Source of the DNA: Eledone cirrhosa
Lineage: Eukaryota
Assembly (NCBI GenBank): GCA_964016885.1
Contig: OZ024740.1
Location: 55,676,001 to 55,740,000, forward strand
Length of the DNA: 64,000 nucleotides
Reading direction: 5' to 3'
Below the pieces are notes generated by a model. It was not told the DNA's origin and ran no database searches. It saw only the letters and a program-made list of their open reading frames with translations. The position numbers and the translations under genes are program-made. Below are positions 1 through 23,210 of this stretch, piece after piece; position 1 is the stretch's first letter, and each line of letters starts with the position of its first letter.

Positions 1-334
1 ACCTGATGGTATCCAATGATGTTGACTTGTTATTCTGTTTGGTAAATATCATCTTAGTTAAGAGAGTGGGACTGGCTTTGTGCAGTGCCTTTGCTCACTA
101 TAAAAGCTTCACGGCACAGGCATTGCTTTATATCGGGATATCTCTCTGCACTGGTCATCACATGGTACCATAGGCCCAGCACTATCTGTCAATAATTGTC
201 ACAAGTGTAGTGTTTGTACCAGAGTTTTCAAGTCGCTGGCTGGACTAAAAAATTCACTTGTTCAGCGCATCGGTAGGGGTTCTCCTACATGGATATAAAG
301 TAGTGGCCGTACTCGAAACGAGTTGGCAGCCACC
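1..334 (+). mobile_element. Probable 3' end of an RTE-type LINE (C-terminal C2H2 finger remnant plus short 3' UTR)
   Basis: From 200 the + strand reads HKCSVCTRVFKSLAGLK, then after a frameshift an H. This resembles the CxxCxRxFxSxxGLxSH finger ending RTE ORFs. A small stem-loop ctcg-aaa-cgag (312-322) precedes a TA tract. Confidence 0.5.
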
Positions 335-349
335 ATATATATATATATA

Positions 350-1017
350 ATGACGAAAGGCATTCTCCATGTTGTTCCATTCGGAAACCATGTTTATTCC
401 CTTTCAGAACTAATTAGTTGGAGTGAAATTTTAGTAAGTAATGTTAATTTTTATAATTTTCTTATTTTACGTCTTTCATATAATTGTTCTGCATCCCTTG
501 CATTGAACCACAAAGTTACTAAGATAAAACCTATATATATGCTAGCATAGGTATGCATCTGTATATATATGTTGGTAGATATACTAATTCTTATTATGAT
601 TATCTCCAAATTATTTTGTTGAGCAAAAATTTGCCAAAACTGCTACTACTAGTTCATAGTAATAGTTCGGCTACTGTCTTCTTAACACCCCACTCCACAC
701 TGATTAACCTCGATGTCACGTGATTGATACTTTTGAATTTGCACCGACCACGTAAGCAGTGATTTTGTCAATGTCTTTCAATGTCTTTCAATGTCCTCCC
801 TTGCTTTTTTACATCCACTGAATTATTTTTGTATAAGTTACCTGTGTCCACGTATCGCCTGGGAACTTAGCTGAGAATTGACTTCCTGATGACGAAAGGC
901 ATTCTACATGTTGTTCCATTCGGAAACCATGTTTATTCCCTTTCAGAAACTAATTAGTTGGAGGTGAAATTTTAGTAAGTAAGTTAATTTTTATAATTTT
1001 CTATTTTACGTCTTTCA

Positions 1018-1018
<1 letters not shown>
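350..1018 (+). mobile_element. Non-coding HHR-bearing PLE derivative / retrozyme-like element with ~130-bp direct terminal repeats (period 540)
   Basis: 350-480 is repeated at 889-1018 with few differences. The repeat contains an HHR, and (TA)n flanks both sides. Confidence 0.75.
881..965 (+). ncRNA. Type I hammerhead ribozyme
   Basis: Stem I acttc/ggag; CTGATGA 886-892; stem II gaaagg...cctttc; GAAA 946-949; palindromic stem III ctaattag; GUU cleavage triplet ending at 959. Confidence 0.7.
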
Positions 1019-3998
<2,980 letters not shown>

Positions 3999-4222
3999 TA
4001 AAAGGAACGATCGACTTTCGTCAAATCGGACCGAGGGAACAATGTTTCCGTTGGTCTTTTCCAATTGCTAATACTATCTATCGGTCGCAACTCCAGGTAG
4101 AAGGAGCAACGTGAAATAAAGTGTCTTGCTCAAGGACATAACGCATCACCTGGTCCAGGAATCGAACTCACAACCTTACGATTGCGAATCCAATTCTCTA
4201 TCCACTCAGCCACACGCCTTCA
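3999..4222 (-). mobile_element. tRNA-derived CORE-type SINE
   Basis: Minus strand has A-box TGGCTGAGTGG, B-box GAGTTCGATTCC and CORE-like tgtccttgagcaagacactt. Its 3' part matches 41660-41740. Confidence 0.85.
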
Positions 4223-4233
4223 TATATATATAC

Positions 4234-4266
<33 letters not shown>

Positions 4267-4312
4267 CATACGATATTAAATAAATGGAAAACTATATTTA
4301 TAAAACCATATC

Positions 4313-4378
4313 TATTTCATTATATATATTTCAGGGATATCATATTAAAAATATGTTATGCCTTCTTCAGACAAAATA
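4313..4378 (-). ncRNA. Type I hammerhead ribozyme in a PLE-like fragment (~4270-4443)
   Basis: Minus: tattttgt-CTGAAGA-agg...cct-GAAA-tatata-TA-atgaaata. Homologous to 24235-24360. Confidence 0.75.
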
Positions 4379-4443
4379 CAATATAAACAGTCTTATAAAT
4401 AGATAGATTCGACATACCTTTCAACTTCGACTTCTATTTGAAA

Positions 4444-4643
4444 NNNNNNNNNNNNNNNNNNNNNNNNNNNNNNNNNNNNNNNNNNNNNNNNNNNNNNNNN
4501 NNNNNNNNNNNNNNNNNNNNNNNNNNNNNNNNNNNNNNNNNNNNNNNNNNNNNNNNNNNNNNNNNNNNNNNNNNNNNNNNNNNNNNNNNNNNNNNNNNNN
4601 NNNNNNNNNNNNNNNNNNNNNNNNNNNNNNNNNNNNNNNNNNN
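4444..4643. other. Assembly gap (200 N)
   Basis: Run of N. Confidence 1.
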
Positions 4644-11991
<7,348 letters not shown>

Positions 11992-11992
<1 letters not shown>

Positions 11993-12062
11993 ACTCTTTT
12001 ACTCTTTTACTCTTTTACCTGTTTCAGCCATCCGGCTGAGGCCATGCTGGGGCACCGCCCTT
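11992..12062 (-). mobile_element. 3' tail fragment of a common octopus retroposon ending in (AAGAGTA)n
   Basis: tactcttttactcttttactcttttacctgtttcagccatccggctgaggccatgctggggcaccgcc resembles a high-copy octopus repeat end as recalled; not database-checked. Confidence 0.6.
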
Positions 12063-12087
12063 GTTGCTACACATTTTATCTCCAGCC

Positions 12088-12480
<393 letters not shown>

Positions 12481-12667
12481 GTAGATAAATCTACCAAGAG
12501 TTTACGGTAGTGTCCAATCCGTATGAAGAACTCATGTATTCCGGATATCATGGAAAGAAGAGATGTAATGAAAAACCACTTTCGGTGAAAGATAAACGGT
12601 ATACAGAGTCAAGATAAAATATTAAACAAATAATGAATAAACAATTCCTTATATTAAACAAAAAAAG

Positions 12668-12822
12668 TTCATTATTTAACGATCGTTTCTAGGATATATA
12701 TGTGTTAGAATTGGTATGCATATTCAACAGATCTATGTACAAAATTATACAAAATTATACAAATTATCAAGATTAAATATACATACCAAACACATATATA
12801 CGCCGTCTTCAGAAATAATGAA
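12668..12822 (-). ncRNA. Type I hammerhead ribozyme with very long stem II, in a PLE-like end (~12481-12860)
   Basis: Minus: perfect 10-bp stem I ttcattattt/aaataatgaa; CTGAAGA; stem II tatatatgtgtt...aacacatatata; GAAA; palindromic cgatcg; GUU. Confidence 0.8.
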
Positions 12823-13419
12823 GTATATTTATTGATAATAACAACAATTCAAAATTTCAGTTCAAAATTGACCAATGAAAACACAAAGGGTTAAATGCAG
12901 TTCGGTGTGTGTATATACATGTAAAACCCTTACACATATTTTACAAAATGTATGTATAATTTGTATACGCATACTAAAAGGATGGATGCAAATACAAAAT
13001 TTCAAGGTTAATGTCTCTGTAAGCTTACAATGCGCAGATAAGATGCGCATTGATACTTATGAAGTCAAGTATATAAATATATTTTTTTTCATACTCACAC
13101 ATATCAGTACAATCACACATACACGCGCGTATATGCATAAATATATACATAACCACGAACATACAAACACACACACACCCCCACTCACATTTATATATGT
13201 GGATATAAAATCATAAGCACATGGATATTAATTCACTCACATAAAACACTGGCACACACATTTTTAGATCAAGATACAGAAATTAGGTGGGAGGGGGGGG
13301 AGGGGTCAGTATTCAACTGTCTGAGCAGACTGCCTAATATAAATGTATCTATAAATTAAGAAAATAAAAAAAATAAAACAATAAAATATAATAAATATAA
13401 TATAATATACATACACATA

Positions 13420-13638
13420 CAGATATATACACATACATACATGTACACACACATAGAAATATTTACGCATACACACATACACACATACATATACAGTCAT
13501 ACACACACATACACCTACACGAACATACACATACACATATATAAAGATATATATATACACACACAACACACGCAACACATACACACATACACATATATAT
13601 AAAAAATAAATAATAAAGATATATACCTATATATATAT

Positions 13639-13679
<41 letters not shown>

Positions 13680-13764
13680 CATACACATACATCTAAATAT
13701 ACATACACATACATACACACATACATGTACATACATGTACATACATATACGCACATCGATATAC

Positions 13765-13795
<31 letters not shown>

Positions 13796-14136
13796 TAGAC
13801 ATATAGATACATACACACACAACTTACATACACACATATATATATACATGTATATTCATACATAGAATTAGATATATAATCATACATACATATGCACTTA
13901 CTTATACTCATATATACAAATACATACGCATCCATATATGCGTATATACATAAAGAACCACTACAACCTCACCTAACTCAGACATACAAATAAAAATAAT
14001 AATAAAAAAAAGGCATATGTATATACATACACACACGCATTAATAGAGATATATATATACACACATACATACACATATATATATATATATATATACACAT
14101 ATATATATATATATATACACACACATACACTCATAC

Positions 14137-14167
<31 letters not shown>

Positions 14168-14290
14168 GATATCAACACACTCATACCACCATAAATACAC
14201 ATACAAACACCCACATATACATATATATACACACGTATATATATATATATATATATACACACACATAAAAAACAGACATATATATATATA
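13420..14290. repeat. Mixed (CA)/(TA) low-complexity tract
   Basis: Directly visible. Confidence 0.9.
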
Positions 14291-14296
14291 TAGATG

Positions 14297-14347
14297 AGAT
14301 TCTACAGGACTAGAACTGTTTCATTCATTAGAAATCATCAGGAATCT
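14297..14347 (-). ncRNA. Type I hammerhead ribozyme at the end of a PLE-like fragment (~14292-14770)
   Basis: Minus: agattc-CTGATGA-tttctaatgaat-GAAA-cag(ttctagtc)ctg-TA-gaatct. The same sequence recurs at 39800-39890. Confidence 0.8.
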
Positions 14348-14959
14348 GGGTATCAAAAAATAAATATGGTATTTATAGGTCTCTACAAGTGGTAGGAGAG
14401 GGTGGGGAGTGGGATGGGTGCAGGTCATTGGTTGATAGAAAAGGGAATTCATTAAAAGCTAATCTACAAAGCTATAGTTTATTTTTATTTATTTATGTTT
14501 TTAGAGTAACAAGGGCAGACAGAATTCTATAAACAGGTTCCGGATGGCATACCATTCCTTGTCATTAAGTTTCTCTTAAGCTAACAGATGTCTATAAAAT
14601 CAGTGGGGGTCAGTCATGGTCGATAGAATTAAAGAAAAGGGAGATTCTTTAAAAGCTAAAATCATTAAGGTTCTACTAAGTGACAAAGGTCTAGAGAATT
14701 CTGCAGACAGATTCAAAATACTGAGTGCATATCTTACTATTATCTTCGAACTTCTCTTAAACTAATCAACTATATGCCAAAAATCAACAGACACATTCAC
14801 AAAAAAAGAAAAAACACATACTCACTCACACACTTACGCGCAACCATAAACACACACATAAACACATATACACACATAAAAACACACACACAATCTTTAA
14901 GATTTTCCTCGATGAAGCAGTCTAATGTAAATAACTCTGAATGCGATTTAGACGTCACG

Positions 14960-15325
14960 CCTCAAAAAAGCCCTAAAAAGCTGAAAGAATGAAGTTTTTC
15001 ACCTAATGCGGGCCCTATTCCATAAAAAATTAGGATTTTCTTTGCTCAGGGTATGAAGAAGAGACTGACTAATACATAGTTACAATTTCAAGGAAATCGG
15101 TCTGAGGTAACGGCTGAAAAAAACCTAAAAAGCTGAAAAAACGCAGTTTTTCACCTAATGCGGGCCCTAGGGGATAGAAAAGTTGAAGGTTTTTATGTGC
15201 ATAACACTCCCTGAAACATACGTAATACACATTTAAAGTTTGAAAAAAATCGGTTGGGTACTTCTCGAGTTGTAGGGATTCAAACTCACAGACACACACA
15301 CACAGACAGACATCCTCAGTTTTAT
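14960..15325 (+). mobile_element. Possible non-autonomous Helitron/Helentron-associated (HINE/DINE-like) fragment
   Basis: aagtttgaaaaaaatcggttgg...(CA/CAGA)n...cctcagttttatatat resembles such 3' ends. Internal partial duplication 14960-15017 / 15113-15169. Confidence 0.4.
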
Positions 15326-15470
15326 ATATATATATATATATATAATGTAGGAGGTGAGTTTTATTGTAGTACAATAAAGCAATGCAGATATCGGATAAGA
15401 AGCACTCTACAGTTTGTAGGACTGGAGTATACATAATATAAGATCAAAAGATGGTTAAAGGAGTTCCATG

Positions 15471-15540
15471 TATTTTATTATGCGCATTTCGAAAACAAAC
15501 ATCATCATGCAATAATATTTGTGTTTTCATCAGATAAAAC
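15471..15540 (-). ncRNA. Type I hammerhead ribozyme (left arm)
   Basis: Minus: gttttat-CTGATGA-stem II-GAAA-tgcgca-TA-ataaaata. Confidence 0.8.
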
Positions 15541-16570
15541 AGGAGAACATGATATGAAGGCTAAAAAACACTTGTGGATAGTGCAGTTTTAAATCAACAT
15601 ATGAAAAGTGGTTTTAGATTGATGTGTGATATTGGGAAAATATTTTATTTAGAGAGGGGGGTGGAAAGGATGAAAAAGGGGAGGAGATGAGAGGGAGAGA
15701 TGGGTGATAGAGAGAAAGAGATAGTTTTTATAACTGAGAGAAGATATATTGTTTTACATAGAGAGGTTGAAAACCGTTGGAAGATAATGTATAAATTAAA
15801 AGAATTTGAAAATTAACGAAGGGAAGATATGTACGAGGAAAAAAAAAATTTATTTAGGGAGGGGGTGGTGGAAAGGATGAAAAAAGGGGGAGGAGATGAG
15901 AGTGAAGGTGGAGAGGGAGAGATGGGTGATAGAGAGAAAGAGATAGTTTTTATAACTGAGAAAAGATATATTGTTTTAACATAGAGAGGTTGAGAACCGT
16001 TGGAAGATAATGTATAAATTAAAAGAATTTGAAAATTAACGAAGGGAATTTATGTATGAAGATAGAGAGAAAAAATAATAATTGTGGATGAATATTCTAA
16101 CGTCAAAAAAGTGTATGTTGATAAGTATTGTGGCAATTTCAAAATTAACGAAGAGAAAAAAAATTATTAAGGTTTGTGTGTAGAAGGATTTGAGAAAAAT
16201 AATGTGAAGTTAAAGTTTGTATATTGAAGAAATTGATAATATGTGCGAATAAAGAGTTAATATGTATTAAGAATGAGTTCGTTGATGGGGAGAAAAACAT
16301 AATAAATTAAGGATGAAATTGAGATTAAAAAGTTTTATGATAGAGAGAAAAAGTAATAATAATTGCGGATGAATATTCTAACGTCAAAAAAATAAATGTA
16401 TATGTTATGAAGGATTTTACAAGGTGAAGATAGAAAGAGGGTAATGAGTAAACAAGTATTATAGAGTGTATAATGCCCTTTGAAGTAAGGTAGAAAGATG
16501 GGTATATTTTAAAGAGGTGTATGTATATGTGCCTTTGAGAAAAGATTCTAAATTGATAAAGAATTGAATA

Positions 16571-16903
16571 TTAACTGTATACTTTGTGAAAAGTCCTATG
16601 GAATGTATGCAGGCAGATAGAAAACAAATCTGTACGTCTATTTATTATAGAATCTAGATTAGAGATAATGGTAAATTTTTCTTTTAGGCAGAGATTACAG
16701 ATTTTAGATAGAGAGCTGTTCAAGTATGAGGATGCAGAAGAAACCTTCTTCCAAAAGATGGTATATTTAATGTTTTTGTCTTTCAAGGACCATATGAGTT
16801 CTGAGAGAGCCGTGTTGGTTCTTTTATGTTTGTATTTGAAAGATGAATGGTGATTATAGAGACGAGCTTTAAAAGAGGTGGAAGTGGGGCCAAAATAGGT
16901 GAA
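16571..16903 (-). pseudogene. PLE GIY-YIG endonuclease C-terminal fragment (left arm)
   Basis: Inverted copy of 16923-17255; includes track ORF 16571..16786. Confidence 0.85.
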
Positions 16904-16922
16904 TTAGTATAGCACCAATTCC

Positions 16923-17255
16923 TTCACCTATTTTGGCTCCACTTCCACCTCTTTTAAAGCTCGTCTCTATAATCACCATTCATCTTTCAAATACAAACTT
17001 AAAAGAACCAACACGGCTCTCTCAGAACTCATATGGTCCTTGAAAGACAAAAACATTAAATATACCATCTTTTGGAAGAAGGTTTCTTCTGCATCCTCAT
17101 ACATGAACAGCTCTCTATCTAAAATCTGTAATCTCTGCCTAAATGAAAAATTTACCATTATCTCTAATCTAGATTCTATAATAAATAGACGTACAGATTT
17201 GTTTTCTATCTGCCTGCATAAATTCCATAGGACTTTTCACAAAGTATACAGTTAA
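16923..17255 (+). pseudogene. PLE GIY-YIG endonuclease C-terminal fragment (right arm)
   Basis: Open frame FTYFGSTSTSFKARLYNHHSSFKYKLKRTNTALSELIWSLKDKNIKYTIFW...CNLCLNEKFTII...INRRTDLFSICLH. It has the YIG-like YFG, the catalytic R..H, E and N residues, plus CxxC and CxH. Confidence 0.88.
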
Positions 17256-18290
17256 TATTCAATTCTTTATCAATTTAGAATCTTTTCTCAAAGGCACATA
17301 TACATACACCTCTTTAAAATATACCCATCTTCCTACCTTACTTCAAAGGGCATTATACACTCTATAATACTTGTTTACTCATTACCCTCTTTCTATCTTC
17401 ACCTTGTAAAATCCTTCATAACATATACATTTGTTTTTTTGACGTTAGAATATTCATCCGTAATTATTATTATTTTTTCTCTCTATCATAAAACTTTTTA
17501 ATCTCAATTTCATCCTTAATTTATTATTTTTTTCTCCCCATCAACGAACTCATTCTTAATACATATTAACTCTTTATTCGCACATATTATCAATTCCTTC
17601 AATATACAAACTTTAACTTCACATTATTTTTCTCAAATCCTTCTACACACAAACCTTAATAATTTTTTTTCTCTTCGTTAATTTTGAAATTGCCACAATA
17701 CTTATCAACATACACTTTTTTGACGTTAGAATATTCATCCACAATTATTATTTTTTCTCTCTATCTTCATACATAAATTCCCTTCGTTAATTTTCAAATT
17801 CTTTTAATTTATACATTATCTTCCAACGGTTCTCAACCTCTCTATATAAAACAATATATCTTTTCTCAGTTATAAAAACTATCTCTTTCTCTCTATCACC
17901 CATCTCTCCCTCTCCACCTTCACTCTCATCTCCTCCCCCTTTTTTCATCCTTTCCACCCCCCCCCCCCTCCTTAAATAAAATTTTTTTTTTCCTCGTACA
18001 TATCTTCCCTTCGTTAATTTTCAAATTCTTTTAATTTGTACATTATCTTCCAACGGTTTTCAACCTCTCTATGTAAAACAATATATCTTCTCTCAGTTAT
18101 AAAAACTATCTCTTTCTCTCTATCACCCATCTCTCCCTCTCATCTCCTCTCCTTTTTCATCCTTTCCACCCCCCTCTCTAAATAAAATATTTTTCCCAAT
18201 ATCACACATCAATCTAAAACCACTTTTCATATGTTGATTTAAAACTGCACTATCCACAAGTGTTTTTTAGCCTTCATATCATGTTCTCCT

Positions 18291-18360
18291 GTTTTATCTG
18301 ATGAAAACACAAATATTATTGCATGATGATGTTTGTTTTTGAAATGCGCATAATAAAATA
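18291..18360 (+). ncRNA. Type I hammerhead ribozyme (right arm)
   Basis: gttttat-CTGATGA(18298-18304)-aaacacaaat...gtttgttttt-GAAA(18341)-tgcgca-TA-ataaaata. Confidence 0.8.
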
Positions 18361-18390
18361 CATGGAACTCCTTTAACCATCTTTTGATCT

Positions 18391-18430
<40 letters not shown>

Positions 18431-18435
<5 letters not shown>

Positions 18436-18569
18436 CAGAACAGATTAAAGATTAAGTAAAGAATCCTTGCTTTCAAGGTGAAAGCAACTATCCTGCACTT
18501 AAACTTTAATCTGTTCTGATAATAAATATTGTTACATAATCAAATTCAGTTTATTGTTGTAATGATAAT
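18431..18569 (+). mobile_element. Small asymmetric palindrome (18431-18523) plus tail, between TA tracts
   Basis: attatcagaacagattaaag / ctttaatctgttctgataat, with inner ttgctttca/tgaaagcaa; unpaired tail 18524-18569. Confidence 0.6.
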
Positions 18570-18957
18570 ATATATATACATACATATATACATACATATA
18601 TATATAAATATATATATATATTATCATTACCACAATAAACTGAATAAAAAAAAATATGTGTGCGTGTGTGTGTGTGTGCAAACTTACACAATATTATGTT
18701 TGCATCTGTATTTTTGATTTCAGGAAGGTAACATTTCCTTTGCGATTCAATTGATACTTTGTAATATCTAATATGATTCCTTTGATATATGTTGCATAGT
18801 CTCAGTCGTACAATTAACCAGTTTATTCGCTATATTTTAGTACGCAAAACTTAAAACTAGAGAAAGAGGGAGCTCTACATACACATATAAATCTATTTAC
18901 ACAGGCATACACACACATACGTATATATATGTATGTGAGTATTTATGTGTATATACG

Positions 18958-19005
<48 letters not shown>

Positions 19006-19452
19006 TATATATATATATATATATATATGTAGGGGGCATCTTTGTGCTTGTAGAATATAATTTTTGTGCGTGTAAGTTTTGTAGATTTATGTAAGAACGG
19101 ATGCTTTCATGTATTTATTATTTTGCCACTTTTATTTTTTTCAAATAAGATTTGGCCTGTGAATGAATAATGTTAGAATGTTACTTTAATATACCTTGTG
19201 ATAAATGATTAGATTCTATCGACCTGTGGTCAGTCGCATGTTCTAAGAAATATATAGCATGTTCTGTAAGACCAGCTATTATTGTCAGTTTATTGATTTC
19301 GCAGACAACAAAGTCTCAGGAGATAGCTGTGAGGCTCGATCAATGTGTGTTTGATGTGATATCGAGTAAGAAGTTTACTAATAGACATCATCCGTTTGAA
19401 ATATCTAAAAACCCATGCAATATATATATGTACACATACCTACATACATACT

Positions 19453-19489
<37 letters not shown>

Positions 19490-19598
19490 AAGATATATAT
19501 GTGTGTCTGTGTACATACATACATACATACATACATACATACATACATACATACATACATACATACATACATACATACATACATACATTCATACATAC

Positions 19599-19711
19599 GT
19601 ATTTCTTTCTTCTCTCTTCTTTCTGAAACCACCGTATCCTGTTCATCTGAAACTATCAATTCAACGCAACTTGTGATATCATTTTTCTTCGTCTTATTCA
19701 AATATTCCGCT
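19599..19711 (-). CDS. Candidate exon, product unknown
   Basis: Acceptor ttctttccag, donor ac|gtatgt; single open frame [37 protein letters not shown]. Confidence 0.3.
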
Positions 19712-20985
19712 CTGGAAAGAATTGTAATAGATTGTCGATAATACTGTTATTAGTTATCATTCTGGTCACCGTTTCTGTGGTTATCCCCGTCACCGTCACC
19801 CTCATCATCCTCTTCATGCTGATGATCATCAATATCATATTCATTGTCGCATTGGTATTCGTCATTGGTATTGGTCTCATCGTCATCATCCACATCTTCC
19901 CCTGTAACCTCATCATCTCAACCATCAATCATCTTCATCACGATCATCCTCACCACCATAATCGTCATGTAAATGGCCGTAGACTAGCAATGAAATGATA
20001 ATCTTCCAAATTTTGTACAATATCAATGCCAGGTCTTTTATAATTCCTGAAGCTATGTAAAGTATGATTTAAACCTTATCTCACCATCCTTCAAAGTGAT
20101 CGCTTTACAATTTCTATTATGTACTAGGTAATTGCTGGCCTTGTGCCAAAAATAGAAACAATTATTGCTATGTACTCCTCTATCTATCTATTATTTTTGT
20201 TATAATTAGTTACGCTTTCAAATATGGATACCCAAATAGATGCTTCTTTAGGGAGTAAACGTTTTTGCCATATAATTTTCAATATGATCTTTGTGATTTA
20301 TTTATAAATCTCTAGTTTTGAGAGTAGGATTACTTACTAATTTTATACTGTTGTAATCTCCTTGTTTAAATGGCTATTTCAATATGTATTCTAATGATAG
20401 CAGTCAGCATTATTCGTTGATTGTGTTAGATTTTATCAACATACTCTATATATATTCTTTCTTTCTTTTTTTTGGTGGGGGATTTCTAAATGAGTTCGAA
20501 TCTGTCATCTTGTTTGTTTTGTTGGTTTTGCTGCGTAGAATATGTATCCTCTACTTTAATTTGTCTTCCAGTTATCTATTCTAAGTTAGAAATTTATTTT
20601 CTTCTAACGATAAATTCCTTATTTGATCCAACATAATCAATTATTGTGATTATGCAAGCACAAAGGAAATTGCTTAACTGGGGATTAGAATGACTTATCA
20701 GCGTTACTGATAACGCCGTTTTCAATACAACAGTATTTTTGTATCGGTCTATTTAAACGTATGTCTATAATTCATTGGACCAACTTTTGCGGTTCCAATT
20801 AATCGAGATGTAGATATATGTATGAGCGGTTTCTTGGTGGTAAGCTTTTATAGAATGTCATTGAATACCACCAGAAGCGGTATTAGGTGCAGCAACAATG
20901 AAACACGGAAGTAATAATCTTTCCACCCTTAACATTTTTATCATTTGTCTAATTAATCACAGTAATATATAATAAAGGCAATATT

Positions 20986-21362
20986 TGAATGTGTATGTAT
21001 AGTATATTTGGCAATATACCGTATGTTTAATTAAACATATTTAGAAGACCACACGCTATCAGTTTTAAAGTGGGGACTATGTCACTTACTTCATTTCGGC
21101 GAAGGAAGGGAGAGAAACAGACAGCCTGTTCCACGCTGTTTGGCGTTCATCAGAGCCGCGTACTCCCCAGCTTTCGCCGAAAATTATAGAAGCTGGATTC
21201 TTATAGAATTCCAGTAATAATCAGAAAGAAGTAAGTGACATAGTTACTACTTTAAACTGATAGCGTGTGGTCTTCTAAATGTTTTTAATTAAACATACGG
21301 TATATTGCCAAATCTACTATACATACATTCATGTATACATTGCTATTTCAGAGCACCAATCC
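20986..21362. mobile_element. Foldback element with ~105-bp inverted arms, 31-nt tail and 13-bp target-site duplication (PLE-like)
   Basis: Arms 20986-21092 / 21228-21331; taaaggcaatatt at 20973-20985 and 21363-21375; decayed CTGATGA-acgc..gcgt core on the minus strand inside. Confidence 0.75.
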
Positions 21363-22545
21363 TAAAGGCAATATTGTTTTTACTAACACTGAAATCATTA
21401 CCATCTATTCCAATTTTACATACGAGGCCGGCACAAATTATAACCCTCAGTCTCAATTTCTAAATTTGATAAGCAAGGTTTTCTGTTGGTATGCATTTTA
21501 ATATTATCCATGGAATTCAATATTTGTTTTCAGTATGGATAGGTGTATTACCTCTATCGCGTTGATTCATTTATGCCGACAAGAAAGTAACATTAAACAC
21601 CATTCAGATTGATTTATTTCATCTAAATCCTTCGTCTCACTGGTAATGGATTAGCTTGTGACTACGTTCTCTTTTGTTCATGCATATGTTGAGTAGACAG
21701 GCAGTTATCCATACTTCTGGTTATAGTTGTATTAGTCCTTGTAAAATACCCGGGGTGTTTTTATTATTACTATTTATTTAAATGATCTTAAAATACTTTT
21801 TAACAATCTCAGAGTTTCTCCTAATTAGCGAAAGCACAACTATTTTCCCTGTAGTCTACAGCTAGTGCACAAAACTCATTTGACCTTTAAAACTAGTGGA
21901 GCTATGGATGTCAGCCACATATGCTGTATCAATATCTCAGATGCAATAAAGCTAAAACATTCGCCCACCTTCAAAATGTTTGTCCATTGCCAAAATGTTT
22001 CGCTATTTTCACTGACGAAACTTGCCACACACATAAACACCACAATATCACCACATCTTCCATCGACGAAAAAAATGGAATTTTGTAACATATTCACAAT
22101 AGAAAAAAACACGGAAGGTGGTTAAAATGTTTAAAAACACAGAAAGCGAGAACAGTAAAAGGAACAGTCTACTACTGGGAATTTATATACAAACTCCTTT
22201 TACAGTCCATCACCTAACAACAACAACAACTACTACTTATACTACTACTACTACTAGCACAAACACTACTACCTCTACTACTAAAATAACCAGCACCACC
22301 ATTACTAACAAGGATAACTACATCATCAACTCTACCATGTCCTTTACTGCCACCAATATTACTAAAACTGACACCACCAGCATTTTTATCAACGTGATAA
22401 GTGCGGCACTATTACACGATCCCTATGACAGACGAAAACACATGGTATGCATAGTGGAAATGGACACTATCGTGATGCCAGCAGAAAACGTGGAGCAAAA
22501 TATATACACTTCATACAATAGCTGTGCGTAAAATATAAAAATGTG

Positions 22546-22660
22546 CCTCAAATCCCGCCGAGGTTAACTTTGCCTTTCTTACTTACAGCGTCGATAAAAT
22601 AAAGTACCAGAAATTCACTGGAGTAATTGCTGGCCTTGTGTCAAAAGTAGTAACCATTTT
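22546..22660 (+). mobile_element. tRNA-derived SINE family A, 3' fragment
   Basis: Matches the full copies at 29390-29580 and 45014-45197. Confidence 0.85.
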
Positions 22661-22834
22661 AAGATCTGTGAACATGAGGAAAACAGATGGGACAGTAGGC
22701 TATCAAAGATTGTGTGTGATTCTTGTCATCCTATATGGGTTTGGCATATGAACATCAACATATATGATGTGTTGCAATAAACATATCATTGATCTTCCTA
22801 TAGCATAAATGATCTAAAAAAGTCTAAAATCTGT

Positions 22835-23104
22835 CTTAAGCCAGAAGGCCCATCTGGCCGGTACTTATTCCGGTTTCATGGCGTGAAGCGACTGAGAGTA
22901 CAAGACTCCCCCCCCCCGGATGGGACGCCAGTCCATCGCAGGGTTAAACCCCCAGGTATTGCTGGTACTCATTTTCAGCTGAGTATACTGGAGCAACGTG
23001 AAATGAAGTGTTTTGATGAAGAACACAACACGCAACATACGAATCTATTCCACGACATTATGATCGTAATCAAACACCCTTACCACGAGGCCACTTGCCT
23101 CCAC
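22835..23104 (-). mobile_element. tRNA-derived CORE-type SINE
   Basis: ggagcaacgtgaaatgaagtg...gaacacaac CORE segment and ggatgggacgccagtccatcgcagggtta block typical of invertebrate CORE SINEs. Confidence 0.8.
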
Positions 23105-23210
23105 TGCATAAATGATCATCCAGACTAAATTGTGCACTCTCAGGTCGGATATCTGGATGAAGATGTAAGTATTGCTTTGCCCTGCAGTCACTTAAATCGT
23201 CCCCCATAGT

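Larger units (their letters stand above)
15344..18398. mobile_element. 3-kb palindromic 5'-truncated Penelope-like element inserted in (TA)n
   Basis: Arms 15433-16903 and 16923-18398 are near-identical inverted copies around a 19-nt spacer. Each has a GIY-YIG remnant and an HHR. Only the left arm has an extra ~90-nt tail (15344-15432). Confidence 0.92.
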
